Shown: in pieces, positions 17,129 to 29,598 of the stretch
How the letters are laid out: each line of letters starts with the position of its first letter
Position numbering within the stretch: the stretch's first letter is position 1
Assembly: GCA_017621755.1 (NCBI GenBank)
Contig: JAGASL010000061.1
Span: 9,705-73,704 of the forward strand
Direction: 5' to 3'
Length of the DNA stretch: 64,000 bases
Source of the DNA: Clostridia bacterium
GTDB lineage: Bacteria; Bacillota; Clostridia; Oscillospirales; CAG-272
The notes under the pieces: generated by a model
The model's input: the letters and a program-made list of their open reading frames with translations, nothing else
The model's database searches: none
Told to the model about the DNA's origin: nothing
Program-made: the position numbers and the translations under genes

Positions 17129-20100
17129 TTAACCTCCCATATGTGCTGTCTTAGCAGCCTGATACATCGCCTGTACCTGATCGTAGCTGGCGGCATCGGA
17201 ATACAGGTTTACCATGGCGATCGACGCCTTGGCTCTCGCCTCGGCCGGATTAGTAGCAGAGCCGTAATCGGCACCTACCATCATCCAACGACCACCGTGA
17301 TCCCTGATCGTGCCAGTAATCTCAAGACTGCCGATCCGTTCACCGTTGATATACAGATTGGCAACGGTGCCATCGTAGGTCGCCACGATATGCACCTCTT
17401 CTCCTACTGCAATATCATAATACAGATTTCGATAAGCGCCATTCACATAAAACTGGAAGTTGAGATGGCCGGGCTTTGTCCCATTATTCTCATGACGATA
17501 GATCAGACCAAGGCCGCCACCGCTCAAGTTGGAAAATAGACCAGACCACGTGTTATCAGTTTCGCCGTTGATCGTCAATACCGTTTCCATCGTAGCCGCT
17601 TTTACCAGCTTTTCATAATCGGCATCGGTCAGCGTATATCTGTAAGCGCCGTCAGTGAACACGGCGTTACCACCCGTATAGGTGGGGGCAGTGCCATACG
17701 TGGTAACAGCATGCCCGTTGGCATCGGCATTCGAGCCGGTAGAATAATCAACGTCCAGGATGGAATTCAAGCTGTCCGGATCGTCTGCTGCCAACGAGTT
17801 CTGGTAAAGCAGACCTGCCTCGCCGGCATCTACCGCCTCGGCATACAGGCGAACGCTTTCAACTGAGCAGCTGGAGGAGCATTGATATCCCCCCCAACCA
17901 TTTGTATCAGCACCAACCAGAAGATAGTTCGGGTTGGTAGCCGTGCTGTGTGCAATATTACCGGTAAACTCTTTCTTAGCAACCAATGCACCATCAATAT
18001 ATAGCGAGCTCCATCCGTTGCCAATTGTGGCAACCACGTGAATTTCTTCCTTACGTTCTATGGTTGCTGCTACGCTTACAGACACTCTCTGACCTTCTTC
18101 ATTATTGTAATACGTGAGCAACTCTAACTGCGATTTAGAGCCGGAGCTGTGCACATAATTCAAACCAAAGCCGCCGGCTTCTACGTTTGATATCAGCGCA
18201 TCGTAGGTGCCCCAGGAATTCGTAGCCTCTCCCGACTTAAAGAAGCCGTTAACGGCCAACACCGTTTCAATCGTCAACGTACTGGTCATAGCAGTCTTAT
18301 CAGCTGCGTTCAAAGTATACTGATATGCGCTATTCCCCGCAAAGGTAGCCATGCCGTTTTCCAGGGTAGGCGTGCCCAGGGTGGTTACTGTATGACCCTT
18401 TTTATCGGTGACCACACCATTGCTGTAATCCACGTTCAGGATCTCGGTCAGGTATTCACGCGGGTCGCGCGATTCCTTAGTTGTGATCGTGGTCTGCAGC
18501 GCGTCAGAGGATTTACCAAAGATGCTATCGGCACGCACGTAGACCTGATAATCGGTTTCCGGCTTCAGGCCAGAAGCCTCAAAGGTGATATACGGCGTTT
18601 GCCGGCTGGCACGGTAATACTCGGAAAGCTTCTTTTCTGTATATACGATATCGCCATTCGGATCGGTCACGATGATGGTATAGAACTCTACCATGTTATC
18701 CGAAACGGCATCGTTGATGGTAGCAAGCGGCACCTGGAACGAGGCCGAGGTGGCTGTTGTCTCCACCGTCATCTTGGCATCAGCGGCAAATTCAGGTGCC
18801 TTGGCCTGGGCGATACGCTCGTCTACGCGGTAGGTGAAGTTTTCCTTCGAGCGCAGGATGGCGGGAATATCAATGCGCCACTTCTGGCCGATGGTTTCCT
18901 TGGTGCCGAAATCATAACGCTCGGCATAGATGACGTCGGTATCGCTGATGGTCAGGATCAGGCCCTGATTGGCCTCGGTCGCGTAGGCAGAGGGGTAAGA
19001 GGCCGTTGTGGGATTGGTGCTATAATACCACCACCACTTAGAACCGGAGGTGGGCAGCTGAATGTTGGTAAAGCTCTCCTGCTGGATCATCAGCGGATCC
19101 TGCGAGGCGTAGTGCGTGTGGCCGGTGAACCAAACGATCTGCGGGTACTGGTTGATCAGCGCGGCCGTCTCTGCAGACAGGGTCATCTTTGAGCTGCCCT
19201 CGATAGCGCCGTAGCCAATGTGATTGTAGATCAGGATGGGCGCGGTAGGATCTGCCGCTACGGCTGCCTTGACCTGCTCAACGAGGAACTTTTCGGTCAG
19301 CTCGCCGTAGGTGGCGCCGCCGCCACGCATCGAAAGACCAATGATGCGCACACCGTTGAGCGTAAAGGCGTGGTCAATACCGTTCGAGGCAAGGCCCTCG
19401 CCATCGTTATTCAGCGTATAGCTGCTATCGTGATATTTGCTTACGATATTGTTATTAAAGGACTGGAAGGCCCACGTGATCGCCTCGGCAGCGGGCTTAT
19501 CCGTATAGGCGCCCTTTGTGCCATCGGTACCGGCAGAAAATTCATGGTTGCCGATCACGAAGCTGAGCTTGATCGATTCCGGCAGCGCCGCCTCGGTAAT
19601 GATGCGGTGCAGCTCGGTATATTCGCTGTTAATACCCAGATTGGTCACGTCGCCGGGGAACAGGATCGCATCCACCGGGGTGGTATTGTTCCATTCCTTG
19701 ATCTGCGCCAGCTGCGAGGTCAGCTTATCGCTGGCCTTGGTAAAGGTCTCACCAATATGGGCATCGCTCAGGAACACCAGGCGGGTGACGATCTCGCCGT
19801 CATCGGTGGGGGTATACATGGCCTTGTAATTGGCAGCCGCTACGCCCACGGTGCGAATGGCATCCAGCACGGCAGCCTGCTCGGTAACGCCGCCCATGCG
19901 GGCCGCATAGGTCTCTACGCTGTAGGTCAGCGTATCGCTTACCTGCGTGCCGCCTGCTGCGTGCAGGGTCAGCACGTAGTCGGTAGAAAATTCAGAGAAC
20001 GGAACCGAAAGCACCGCCTTCAGCTTGCCGCCATCGGTGCTGCCATCGTTCAGGGCAATGGTGGCATCCGTCCTTTTGCCGTTCACGGCCAGGTAGCACG

Positions 20101-22495
20101 AGGCCCAATCGGCAAGCGGCGCATCGGTTGCCTGCAGCAGCAGCTTCAGCTTTAAGGTATCCTCCAGCAGCAGCGTAGCGCCGGTAAAGGCGTAATCACC
20201 GCTGCCGCTCTTGGCGATCTTATCAGTCACTTCAGGCAGGGTAAAGGAGACCTTGCCGCTCAGGCCGGCGGTAGCCAAATCATCGGTCTTGTAGCCAAAA
20301 TAGGTCTGTGCGGCAGCGCCGTACTGCAGCGTGCCAAGAGCCAGGTCGCGCAGCACAGTCTCGGTGGTGCTGGTATAAAGCGCCTTCATATAAGAGGCAA
20401 CCGAAACGCTGCCCTCGTTCAAAACCAGCTGCTTTTCACTGTTATCCGGGCACTTGGCCGTGGCAGTCAGGCGGTAATTGACCGGCTCGGTCATCTGCTT
20501 GGCCATGATGTTCGATACCTTGGCCACCAGCTGGCCGCCTGCCAGCGTGGGCGTGCCCACGTGGATGCCGGCTGCCTCACAGGAGAGCGAGAGCTGCAGC
20601 GTGTCTGCCAGTAGATAAGGCTTTTTCTCAGAGGGCTGGAAGGAGAAGCCGCTCGCGTCTGACACAAAATCCAGCGCCAGCGAATCGCCAATGGTGGCAT
20701 AGGCTGAAAAATCAGTAGAGAATACCTCTGAGTAGATAACGGCGGGCTTCACAACATTACCAGAGCCACCGTAAATGCTGACGGATTCAGCATAGGTCAG
20801 CAGGAAGTCCACGTGCGAGCCCTGCTGCACGTAAATAGAAACGTTTTCTAATAGTGCATTGACCTCATCGGCCATATCAGCCAACGACGGGTCAGGCTCT
20901 GTAGATTTAGGCAGTTTGTAGCCCTCTTCTACCGTATAGGGCTGATACCACTTGGTCAGATCCGTTGCGTCTGCCCCGGCATTCGGCCATGCCATCACGC
21001 CGTCTACAAAGATAGCAATGCGCGTGCCGTTATAGGTAGCGGCGCCCTGCTCCCAACCAAGCATATGCTTGCTCAGCGCGTCAAAGGAGGGCTTGATATA
21101 GCCGGCATGCTCTGCCGTATAGCGGAAGCCGGCGGCATCCGTGGCGGCGCCGTTTGTACCTTCATACTTCACGCCGATCGAATACTTGGCGCCCCAGTTG
21201 CTGGTGAGCTCCTTGTTTTGGAACTGTGAGGGGCAAGCACCGGCAGTCCCGTAATCCTTATGCGCTGTAATAAAGGAATCGGCAGAGCCAACCTTCGTAT
21301 AGTAATTCGCCTCGTTGGCGTTATCACTATTGGCAATCGAGGCCTTATCGTCATACACGATCATGCTCCAGCTGCCGGGGTAGCTGACCTCGGGCTCGGT
21401 ATCGCTTACCGCGCCCAGCACAGGAGCCTGAGAGGCATCCAGCGGCTTAGCCGGCTCGTAGGCGTTGGGTAAGGAATAGACAACCTCCTCAGACAGACTG
21501 CCTACCGTTTCATAACCAACAGATACAACGGCATCCAGGGGGCGATGATTGGAATAGCCGAAATAAAACCGGATCGTATCGCCCGCCTCTACCGTAATGC
21601 TATCTGTCAAGGCGGCAACCTTCAGATCCGTGCTGGCAGCAAGCGCAGCGGTATTGCCAAGACTTGCCGCATACCAATTGCCGGCGGCAAAATCCGTTGT
21701 CACAACGGCGCTATCCTTCGCGGCCGCGGGCCACACGATCACGTCGTTTTTGGCGATCGCCAAATAGACCTGCGCATTGACAGGCTTATCAAGATCGCTC
21801 TGATAACGGAAGCTGACCTTATCGATATTGGCCTTAACGGTACCGGCAGCCAATGCCGTCCAGGAAAGACCAAGAACGCGATTGGCGTTGGTAGAAAGAA
21901 CCACAGCAGAACCGCCACCGCCCGATCGATAGTAAGCACCACCTGCACTCCACGCAGAGCCACTGCCCTTTTCAGAAACCAAGCCGGGCGTAGGGGCATA
22001 ATCAAAATTCACAAACTCGCCGTTGCGATATACGCCGGCATTCCAGCCGCCACGCAGCGCCAAGATCTTGTTGCTGCCCGCTTCACCCAGAACGGGAACG
22101 TTGGCGGGCGAATTAAAGCTCATGCTTGAGAATTTGAGGTAGGGATAGAAGTTCAGATCCTCAGAAATATACACGCCGTTATAGGCCGAGGCATCCACAA
22201 AGGTGCCATCCGGCTGAATGTGGTACCAGCCCAGCACGTCGCTTGGCTTAACGCCGTACGAAAGCAGCTGCAGATCGGTAGGATACACGATCGATGCAAA
22301 GCCGGGGGCCTGTGCTGTTTCAGAAACCACCGTGCCGGTATAGCCGTATTCGCGCGCATCCGCCAGGCGGAAACGAACGTAGACCGGCTTTTCGGTATCG
22401 GCTGCTTCAGCGGCGGCAGCGGGCATGACCCAGGTGGGCACGCACAGTAGCACCATTACCAGCGCTAAGAGTAGACTTGTTAATCGTTTTTTCAT
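17129..22495 (-). CDS. Very large secreted multidomain protein: unknown N-terminal region (about 880 aa), calcineurin-like metallophosphoesterase, FN3-like domain, two LamG/ConA-like domains
   Basis: Start placed at the ATG at 22495 (signal peptide MKKRLTSLLLALVMVLLCVPTWVMPAAAAEA). Metallophosphoesterase motifs LSDAHIG, FPGDVTNLG, VIGNHEF, YNHIGY and TGHTHY map to DNA about 19100-19790. An FN3-like segment (GLKPETDYQVYVRA) maps to about 18480-18800. Two LamG-like repeats map to about 17135-18460. Confidence 0.8.
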   Translation of the reverse strand: MKKRLTSLLLALVMVLLCVPTWVMPAAAAEAADTEKPVYVRFRLADAREYGYTGTVVSETAQAPGFASIVYPTDLQLLSYGVKPSDVLGWYHIQPDGTFVDASAYNGVYISEDLNFYPYLKFSSMSFNSPANVPVLGEAGSNKILALRGGWNAGVYRNGEFVNFDYAPTPGLVSEKGSGSAWSAGGAYYRSGGGGSAVVLSTNANRVLGLSWTALAAGTVKANIDKVSFRYQSDLDKPVNAQVYLAIAKNDVIVWPAAAKDSAVVTTDFAAGNWYAASLGNTAALAASTDLKVAALTDSITVEAGDTIRFYFGYSNHRPLDAVVSVGYETVGSLSEEVVYSLPNAYEPAKPLDASQAPVLGAVSDTEPEVSYPGSWSMIVYDDKASIANSDNANEANYYTKVGSADSFITAHKDYGTAGACPSQFQNKELTSNWGAKYSIGVKYEGTNGAATDAAGFRYTAEHAGYIKPSFDALSKHMLGWEQGAATYNGTRIAIFVDGVMAWPNAGADATDLTKWYQPYTVEEGYKLPKSTEPDPSLADMADEVNALLENVSIYVQQGSHVDFLLTYAESVSIYGGSGNVVKPAVIYSEVFSTDFSAYATIGDSLALDFVSDASGFSFQPSEKKPYLLADTLQLSLSCEAAGIHVGTPTLAGGQLVAKVSNIMAKQMTEPVNYRLTATAKCPDNSEKQLVLNEGSVSVASYMKALYTSTTETVLRDLALGTLQYGAAAQTYFGYKTDDLATAGLSGKVSFTLPEVTDKIAKSGSGDYAFTGATLLLEDTLKLKLLLQATDAPLADWASCYLAVNGKRTDATIALNDGSTDGGKLKAVLSVPFSEFSTDYVLTLHAAGGTQVSDTLTYSVETYAARMGGVTEQAAVLDAIRTVGVAAANYKAMYTPTDDGEIVTRLVFLSDAHIGETFTKASDKLTSQLAQIKEWNNTTPVDAILFPGDVTNLGINSEYTELHRIITEAALPESIKLSFVIGNHEFSAGTDGTKGAYTDKPAAEAITWAFQSFNNNIVSKYHDSSYTLNNDGEGLASNGIDHAFTLNGVRIIGLSMRGGGATYGELTEKFLVEQVKAAVAADPTAPILIYNHIGYGAIEGSSKMTLSAETAALINQYPQIVWFTGHTHYASQDPLMIQQESFTNIQLPTSGSKWWWYYSTNPTTASYPSAYATEANQGLILTISDTDVIYAERYDFGTKETIGQKWRIDIPAILRSKENFTYRVDERIAQAKAPEFAADAKMTVETTATSASFQVPLATINDAVSDNMVEFYTIIVTDPNGDIVYTEKKLSEYYRASRQTPYITFEASGLKPETDYQVYVRADSIFGKSSDALQTTITTKESRDPREYLTEILNVDYSNGVVTDKKGHTVTTLGTPTLENGMATFAGNSAYQYTLNAADKTAMTSTLTIETVLAVNGFFKSGEATNSWGTYDALISNVEAGGFGLNYVHSSGSKSQLELLTYYNNEEGQRVSVSVAATIERKEEIHVVATIGNGWSSLYIDGALVAKKEFTGNIAHSTATNPNYLLVGADTNGWGGYQCSSSCSVESVRLYAEAVDAGEAGLLYQNSLAADDPDSLNSILDVDYSTGSNADANGHAVTTYGTAPTYTGGNAVFTDGAYRYTLTDADYEKLVKAATMETVLTINGETDNTWSGLFSNLSGGGLGLIYRHENNGTKPGHLNFQFYVNGAYRNLYYDIAVGEEVHIVATYDGTVANLYINGERIGSLEITGTIRDHGGRWMMVGADYGSATNPAEARAKASIAMVNLYSDAASYDQVQAMYQAAKTAHMGG

Positions 22496-22700
22496 AGTTT
22501 TCCCTCTCGCAAAATTTCTTTGCCAGGCACAGAGCCTGGCATCAAGTCCCAAAAAGGAGATTTTCTATCATTATACAATATAAATTCATAAAAAGCAAGT
22601 TAAATTTGTGCAATATCACAAGATTTTGCCCGTTTTGCACCGGGTGGGCATATACGCACGACACGCAGGGTGGCTTTTTTCAAAAACGCGCAAAAAAAGA

Positions 22701-22729
22701 TTGACACGTACCGCGCGTTTTGATACAAT
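22701..22729 (+). promoter_or_regulatory. Sigma-A type promoter for the CPBP gene
   Basis: TTGACA (22701-22706), 17 nt, TGaTACAAT (extended -10, 22721-22729). Confidence 0.6.
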
Positions 22730-22767
22730 AATAAAAAGCCCTCCCGCTTACATGAAAGGAGCGATCC

Positions 22768-23805
22768 ATGAACGATATTTCTTTTTCGGCGGCACCCGCT
22801 ATGCCGGAGCCACCCGCCGTTGATTATTCCCCCTCTGCCCGCCGCGCCTACAACCGCGTTGGCCTGGGCATGCTGGTCTTTTTGCTGCTGCCGCTGGTGG
22901 TGAGCCTGGTGGTGCAGCTGGTAGCCATGCTCTTCTTCCCCGAATATTATGAAAGTAGTCTGTTTTTATGGTTTAACCAGATCTTTTCCATGTACCTGGT
23001 CACCGCGCCCATCTGCCTGCTGGTGATCGGCGTGCCGCCGGCCAATATGCCGGTGCGGGAAAAGCATACTATGCCGTTTTCGCACCTATTCGTCATCTTC
23101 TGCATTATGGAGATGGTTGCCGTAGCCGGCTCGTGGCTCAGCCAGCTGCTGATGTCGCTTGTCAGTCTGCTCTCGGGGCGCGAGCACGTCTCGCCATTGG
23201 ATGAAATACTTTCCGGCGCGCCGCTGTGGGTCATCTTTTTGGTGGTGGTGGTGATCGGCCCGATCATTGAGGAGCTGGTCTGCCGCGCGGCCATCATGCG
23301 CCGCCTGCTGCCGTATGGGGAAAAGAGCGCGATCCTGGTCTCGGCCATCTGCTTTGGCGTGATGCACGAGAATTTTTACCAGCTCTTTTACGCCGTGGGT
23401 GTGGGCATTCTGCTTGGTTACGTGTACGCCCGCACGGGGCGCCTGCTTTACGTGTGCGGCCTGCATATCCTATTCAACTTCCTTGGCTCGTTTATCCCCA
23501 TGCTGGTGATGCAGTTTATCGACGTTTCCGTGCTGGAAACGCTGACTGCGGCAGAGCTGCTGCCCTGGGTCATGGAAAATCTGCTTCCCTTCCTTGGGCT
23601 GCTGCTATATGACCTGGTGTTATACGGCCTGGCCCTTGCCGGCTTGATCCTCTTGATCGTGTTCTTTAAGCGCGCACGCTTTGAGCCCACGCTGCTCCCC
23701 CTGCAAAGAGGGAAGCACGTAGCCGCCTGCCTTGGCAACCCCGGGGCGATCTTGTTTTTGATCGCCGGTGTGGCCATGCTGGTGCTTTCAATCTTTATAT
23801 ACTAA
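22768..23805 (+). CDS. CPBP family intramembrane glutamic endopeptidase (CAAX protease/Abi family)
   Basis: 345-aa polytopic membrane protein with the family motifs IIEELVCRAAI (EExxxR) and FGVMH (FxxxH). Confidence 0.8.
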   Translation: MNDISFSAAPAMPEPPAVDYSPSARRAYNRVGLGMLVFLLLPLVVSLVVQLVAMLFFPEYYESSLFLWFNQIFSMYLVTAPICLLVIGVPPANMPVREKHTMPFSHLFVIFCIMEMVAVAGSWLSQLLMSLVSLLSGREHVSPLDEILSGAPLWVIFLVVVVIGPIIEELVCRAAIMRRLLPYGEKSAILVSAICFGVMHENFYQLFYAVGVGILLGYVYARTGRLLYVCGLHILFNFLGSFIPMLVMQFIDVSVLETLTAAELLPWVMENLLPFLGLLLYDLVLYGLALAGLILLIVFFKRARFEPTLLPLQRGKHVAACLGNPGAILFLIAGVAMLVLSIFIY

Positions 23806-23823
23806 CGAAGAAAGGACTTTCCT

Positions 23824-24645
23824 ATGTTACCCCAGCCCCTGAAAATAAGCATTGAAAAGGCTGCCGCGGCCTTAGCCGAGGCGCCCGTACAGGATACACC
23901 TATTCGCCCAGAGTTCCGCGCCCGGATCTTGAAATTTCTTTATCTGGTGCGCAGTGCCATGTTTCCAAAGGTATTTGGCGGTGAAGAGGGCGTAAACTGC
24001 GCCGGCCACCTGCGCCAGGCAGCCAACGAATTGGGTGATCTGCTTTCTGAGACGATGGCAGATGAGGAGCAGCAATGCGCCGTGCTGTGCCGCTTTTTTG
24101 AGGAGCTGCCCACCGTGCGCGAGATGCTGGATACCGACGTGCGCGCCGCCTACGAGGGCGACCCGGCTGCCCGCTCAGAGGAGGAGATCATGCTGGCCTA
24201 CCCAGCCTTTGAGGCCATCAGCATCTATCGCCTGGCCCACGTGCTGTACACGCTGGGCGTACCGCTGATCCCCCGTATGATGACCGAGCACGCGCACAAA
24301 AATACCGGCATCGATATCCACCCGGGCGCCACTATCGGCCGTTATTTCTTTATCGACCACGGCACCGGCGTGGTGGTAGGTGAGACCTGCCACATTGGCG
24401 AGCATGTGAAGCTCTACCAGGGCGTGACCCTGGGCGCTAAGAGCTTTGAGCTGGATGAAAACGGCAACCCGGTCAAGGGCATCAAGCGCCACCCGGATAT
24501 CGGCAACCACGTGGTCATCTACGCGGGCGCCACCATTCTTGGCGGCAGGACGATGATCGGCGATCATTGCGTGATCGGCGGTAACGTGTGGCTGACCCAC
24601 TCGGTAGAGGCCGGCCAGACCGTTATCTACCAGGGCGGGCAATAA
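23824..24645 (+). CDS. Serine O-acetyltransferase (long EpsC-like form)
   Basis: 273 aa. Hexapeptide-repeat core [43 protein letters not shown], typical of serine acetyltransferases. Confidence 0.8.
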   Translation: MLPQPLKISIEKAAAALAEAPVQDTPIRPEFRARILKFLYLVRSAMFPKVFGGEEGVNCAGHLRQAANELGDLLSETMADEEQQCAVLCRFFEELPTVREMLDTDVRAAYEGDPAARSEEEIMLAYPAFEAISIYRLAHVLYTLGVPLIPRMMTEHAHKNTGIDIHPGATIGRYFFIDHGTGVVVGETCHIGEHVKLYQGVTLGAKSFELDENGNPVKGIKRHPDIGNHVVIYAGATILGGRTMIGDHCVIGGNVWLTHSVEAGQTVIYQGGQ

Positions 24646-24668
24646 AAAGCCTGAAAAAGAAATAAAGC

Positions 24669-24719
24669 AACCAGCGGCAGGGTGGAGAATGCACAGCGTT
24701 CTCCTCCCTGCCGCTGGTT
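24669..24719 (+). terminator. Long hairpin downstream of the acetyltransferase gene
   Basis: AACCAGCGGCAGGGtGGAGAA / TTCTCCtCCCTGCCGCTGGTT. The trailing T-tract is short (TTT). Confidence 0.5.
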
Positions 24720-24823
24720 TACACACGCTTGACAAACATCCATCTTCATCAAATCTTAAGGAATTACCCACTTTTTTCTTTAGACCTCGGTATGCTATAA
24801 TAAGCACGGAAGGAGGAAATGCG

Positions 24824-25519
24824 ATGTACCACATTTTAATTTGCGATGACGAGCAGGATATCTGCCGTGCCCTGCGAATATACCTAAGCGACCCGAGCTA
24901 TACCGTGCACGAGGCACATACGGGCAAGGAGGCGCTGTGCCTGCTGGAGAAAACGGAAATTCACCTGATCCTGCTTGATATCATGATGCCGGAAATGGAC
25001 GGCATCACCGCCATGGTGCGGATACGCGAGAAAAGCAATATCCCCATCATTCTATTAACGGCAAAGGGAGAGGACGCTGACAAAATCCTGGGCTTAGACC
25101 TGGGCGCGGACGATTACGTTACCAAGCCCTTTAACCCTGCAGAGGTGGTAGCCCGCGTTCGCTCGCAGCTGCGGCGATATATGCAGCTGGGTGCAGGCAG
25201 GCTGCCACCACAGGTCTATGAGGTGTGTGGGCTGACGTTGGACGAGCGGGCTAAGCAGGCCAGCTTAGACGGCGAGGCGCTGGCATTAACACCAACCGAA
25301 TACGATATCCTACGCCTGTTGATCACCAATCCGGGGCAGGTGTTTTCCCCCAAGGAGATCTATCGCCACATACGAGGCGATGGCTTCTGCACCGAGAACA
25401 CCATTGCCGTACACATTCGCCATTTGCGCGAAAAAATAGAAATCGAGCCAAGCAGCCCGCGATACTTGAAGATGGTGTGGGGGCAAGGCTACAAAATTGA
25501 GAAAGGAAATAAAGCATGA
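24824..25519 (+). CDS. OmpR/PhoB family response regulator
   Basis: Start moved to the ATG at 24824 after an AGGAGG RBS. Receiver domain (ILICDDEQDI ... LLDIMMPEMDG) plus a winged-helix output domain (LTPTEYDILRLL ... GQGYKIE). Confidence 0.9.
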   Translation: MYHILICDDEQDICRALRIYLSDPSYTVHEAHTGKEALCLLEKTEIHLILLDIMMPEMDGITAMVRIREKSNIPIILLTAKGEDADKILGLDLGADDYVTKPFNPAEVVARVRSQLRRYMQLGAGRLPPQVYEVCGLTLDERAKQASLDGEALALTPTEYDILRLLITNPGQVFSPKEIYRHIRGDGFCTENTIAVHIRHLREKIEIEPSSPRYLKMVWGQGYKIEKGNKA

Positions 25520-27183
25520 ATACCAAAAACCGTACACCGCTTTCCTGCCGCACCGGGGTCAAGGCAGTTGTATTTTGCCTGACGATCATTATGCTTCTGC
25601 TGCTGATCGGCAGTATATTTCTGGCAGCCTGGCTGCTGCAAGCAGAGGCGTATACCAAGCCGGAGGCGGTATATAAGCAGGAAATCCTGCAGCAGGGACA
25701 TGCCGGCAGCGCCTACTGGCTGCTTGACGGGCTAGTCACGCTTTCCTATCACCTTCGCTACGCCATCTATATCATCGGCCTGGTGGCGCTTGCCGCCCTT
25801 CTTACCGGCATGGCTTTTCTGCTTAGCGCAGCGGGAAAGCGAGCGGGGCAGGCAGAGGCTACGCCCGGCTGGGGCGCCTGGTTCCCCCTTGATCTGCTGA
25901 CCGTGTGCGTGGTGCTGGCCTGCTACCTGCTTCTTCCCCGCACTTACCCCTATCGTTATTTGGGGGAGATGGCAGCCGCCTGGCTGCTGGCGGGCACCGG
26001 CATGGGGATTTTGCTGCTTGGCTACGGCATGAGCCTTTCCTGCCGCCTAAAATGTGGCAAATGGTGGCGCGGCATGCTGGTATGGCGTATAGGCCGCCTG
26101 CTTGGTCTTGCCGGCAAGCGCCTTGCCCACCACGCGGTCTGCCTGTTCAAGGCGCTGCCACAGGTATGGCAGACGGCGCTTGCGTTTGCGGGGCTCTCAC
26201 TGATCGAGCTATTGGTGCTGCTGGCAAGGCCGCACGTGGTGCTGCTATCCATCCTTTTCTTGCTGGAAAAGCTGGTGCTTTTGGCAATACTCGTTTACCT
26301 TCTGCTATCCGCCAAGACACTTGCTAAGGGTGGCGAGGCGCTGGCAAACGGCGAGCTTACCTATCAACTTAAAACAGACCGCATGCCTGCGCCACTCAGA
26401 CAGCACGGTGAAAACCTTAACCGTATCTGCAAGGGCATCAACGTAGCGGTAGAGGAGCGGATGCGCAGCGAGCGGATGAAAACAGAGCTGATCACCAACG
26501 TTTCGCACGATATCAAAACACCGCTGACCTCGGTGATCAATTACGCCGACCTGATCGCGCGGGAGCCAAACGCCGATCCGAAGGTGGCCGAGTACGCCGC
26601 TGTGCTGCTGCGCCAATCAGAGCGGCTGAAGCGACTGATCGACGACCTGATCGAGGCATCTAAGGCGCAGGCGGGCAGCCTGGAGATCCTGCCTGCGCCC
26701 TGTGAGCTTGGCATCCTGCTAACGCAGGTAATAGCCGAATATGAGGAGAAGCTTTCCTACCACGCGCTAACGCTTCTGACAAAGCAGCCTGCGCAGCCGG
26801 TCACGATCATGGCAGACGGCAGACGCATGTGGCGCATTCTTGACAATCTGATGAGCAATGCCGCCAAGTACGCCATGCCAAGCACGCGGGTCTACCTTTC
26901 GCTGGAGGTGAAAAACGAGCACGCGCTGATCACGCTGAAAAACACCTCGCGCGAGCCGCTGGACATCCCGCCCGAGGAGCTGATGGAGCGTTTTACACGC
27001 GGCGATGCCTCTCGGCATACCGAAGGCAATGGGTTAGGGCTTGCCATTGCACGCAGCCTGACCGAGCTGCAGGGTGGCCGCATGGCGCTGACCACAGACG
27101 GCGATCTTTTCAAGGTAACGCTCTCCTTTCCGACCGCAGAGGTAGAGGCGGCAAGCAGAAACGAAGAGACAAACAAAAAATAA
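25516..27183 (+). CDS. Sensor histidine kinase with a polytopic N-terminal membrane region
   Basis: 555 aa. H-box ELITNVSHDIKTPLTS and HATPase motifs (DNLMSNAAKYA, GNGLGLAIA). Overlaps the response-regulator gene stop by 4 nt. Confidence 0.88.
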   Translation: MNTKNRTPLSCRTGVKAVVFCLTIIMLLLLIGSIFLAAWLLQAEAYTKPEAVYKQEILQQGHAGSAYWLLDGLVTLSYHLRYAIYIIGLVALAALLTGMAFLLSAAGKRAGQAEATPGWGAWFPLDLLTVCVVLACYLLLPRTYPYRYLGEMAAAWLLAGTGMGILLLGYGMSLSCRLKCGKWWRGMLVWRIGRLLGLAGKRLAHHAVCLFKALPQVWQTALAFAGLSLIELLVLLARPHVVLLSILFLLEKLVLLAILVYLLLSAKTLAKGGEALANGELTYQLKTDRMPAPLRQHGENLNRICKGINVAVEERMRSERMKTELITNVSHDIKTPLTSVINYADLIAREPNADPKVAEYAAVLLRQSERLKRLIDDLIEASKAQAGSLEILPAPCELGILLTQVIAEYEEKLSYHALTLLTKQPAQPVTIMADGRRMWRILDNLMSNAAKYAMPSTRVYLSLEVKNEHALITLKNTSREPLDIPPEELMERFTRGDASRHTEGNGLGLAIARSLTELQGGRMALTTDGDLFKVTLSFPTAEVEAASRNEETNKK

Positions 27184-27213
27184 AGAAAGGCGGAGAAATT
27201 TCTCCGCCTTTCT
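27184..27213. terminator. Bidirectional terminator between the HK gene and ligA
   Basis: AGAAAGGCGGAGAAATTTCTCCGCCTTTCT, a perfect palindromic hairpin between the stops at 27183 and 27217. Confidence 0.75.
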
Positions 27214-27216
27214 TCG

Positions 27217-29534
<2,318 letters not shown>

Positions 29535-29563
29535 ATTTTACCGCGAACGCAGGCTTTTGTCAA
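29535..29563 (-). promoter_or_regulatory. Candidate ligA promoter immediately upstream of the MITE-like element
   Basis: Minus strand TTGACA (29563-29558), 17 nt, TAAAAT (29540-29535). The predicted TSS near 29528 falls inside the right inverted repeat. Confidence 0.5.
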
Positions 29564-29566
29564 GAA

Positions 29567-29590
29567 GTGCCGCCCGTTTTCGGGCGGCAC
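29567..29590. terminator. Hairpin terminator downstream of ldh
   Basis: GTGCCGCCCG-tttt-CGGGCGGCAC. It has an A/T-rich flank on one side and TTCTT on the ldh-sense side. Confidence 0.55.
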
Positions 29591-29598
29591 CTACTTTT

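Noticed and set aside
16996-27183. A bacteriocin-like locus reading: small peptide + CPBP/Abi immunity-type protease + HK/RR pair.
   Set aside because: The peptide is acidic and has no double-glycine or lantibiotic-type leader. There is no C39/ABC exporter or modification enzyme. The genes lie on different strands in separate transcription units, so adjacency looks coincidental.
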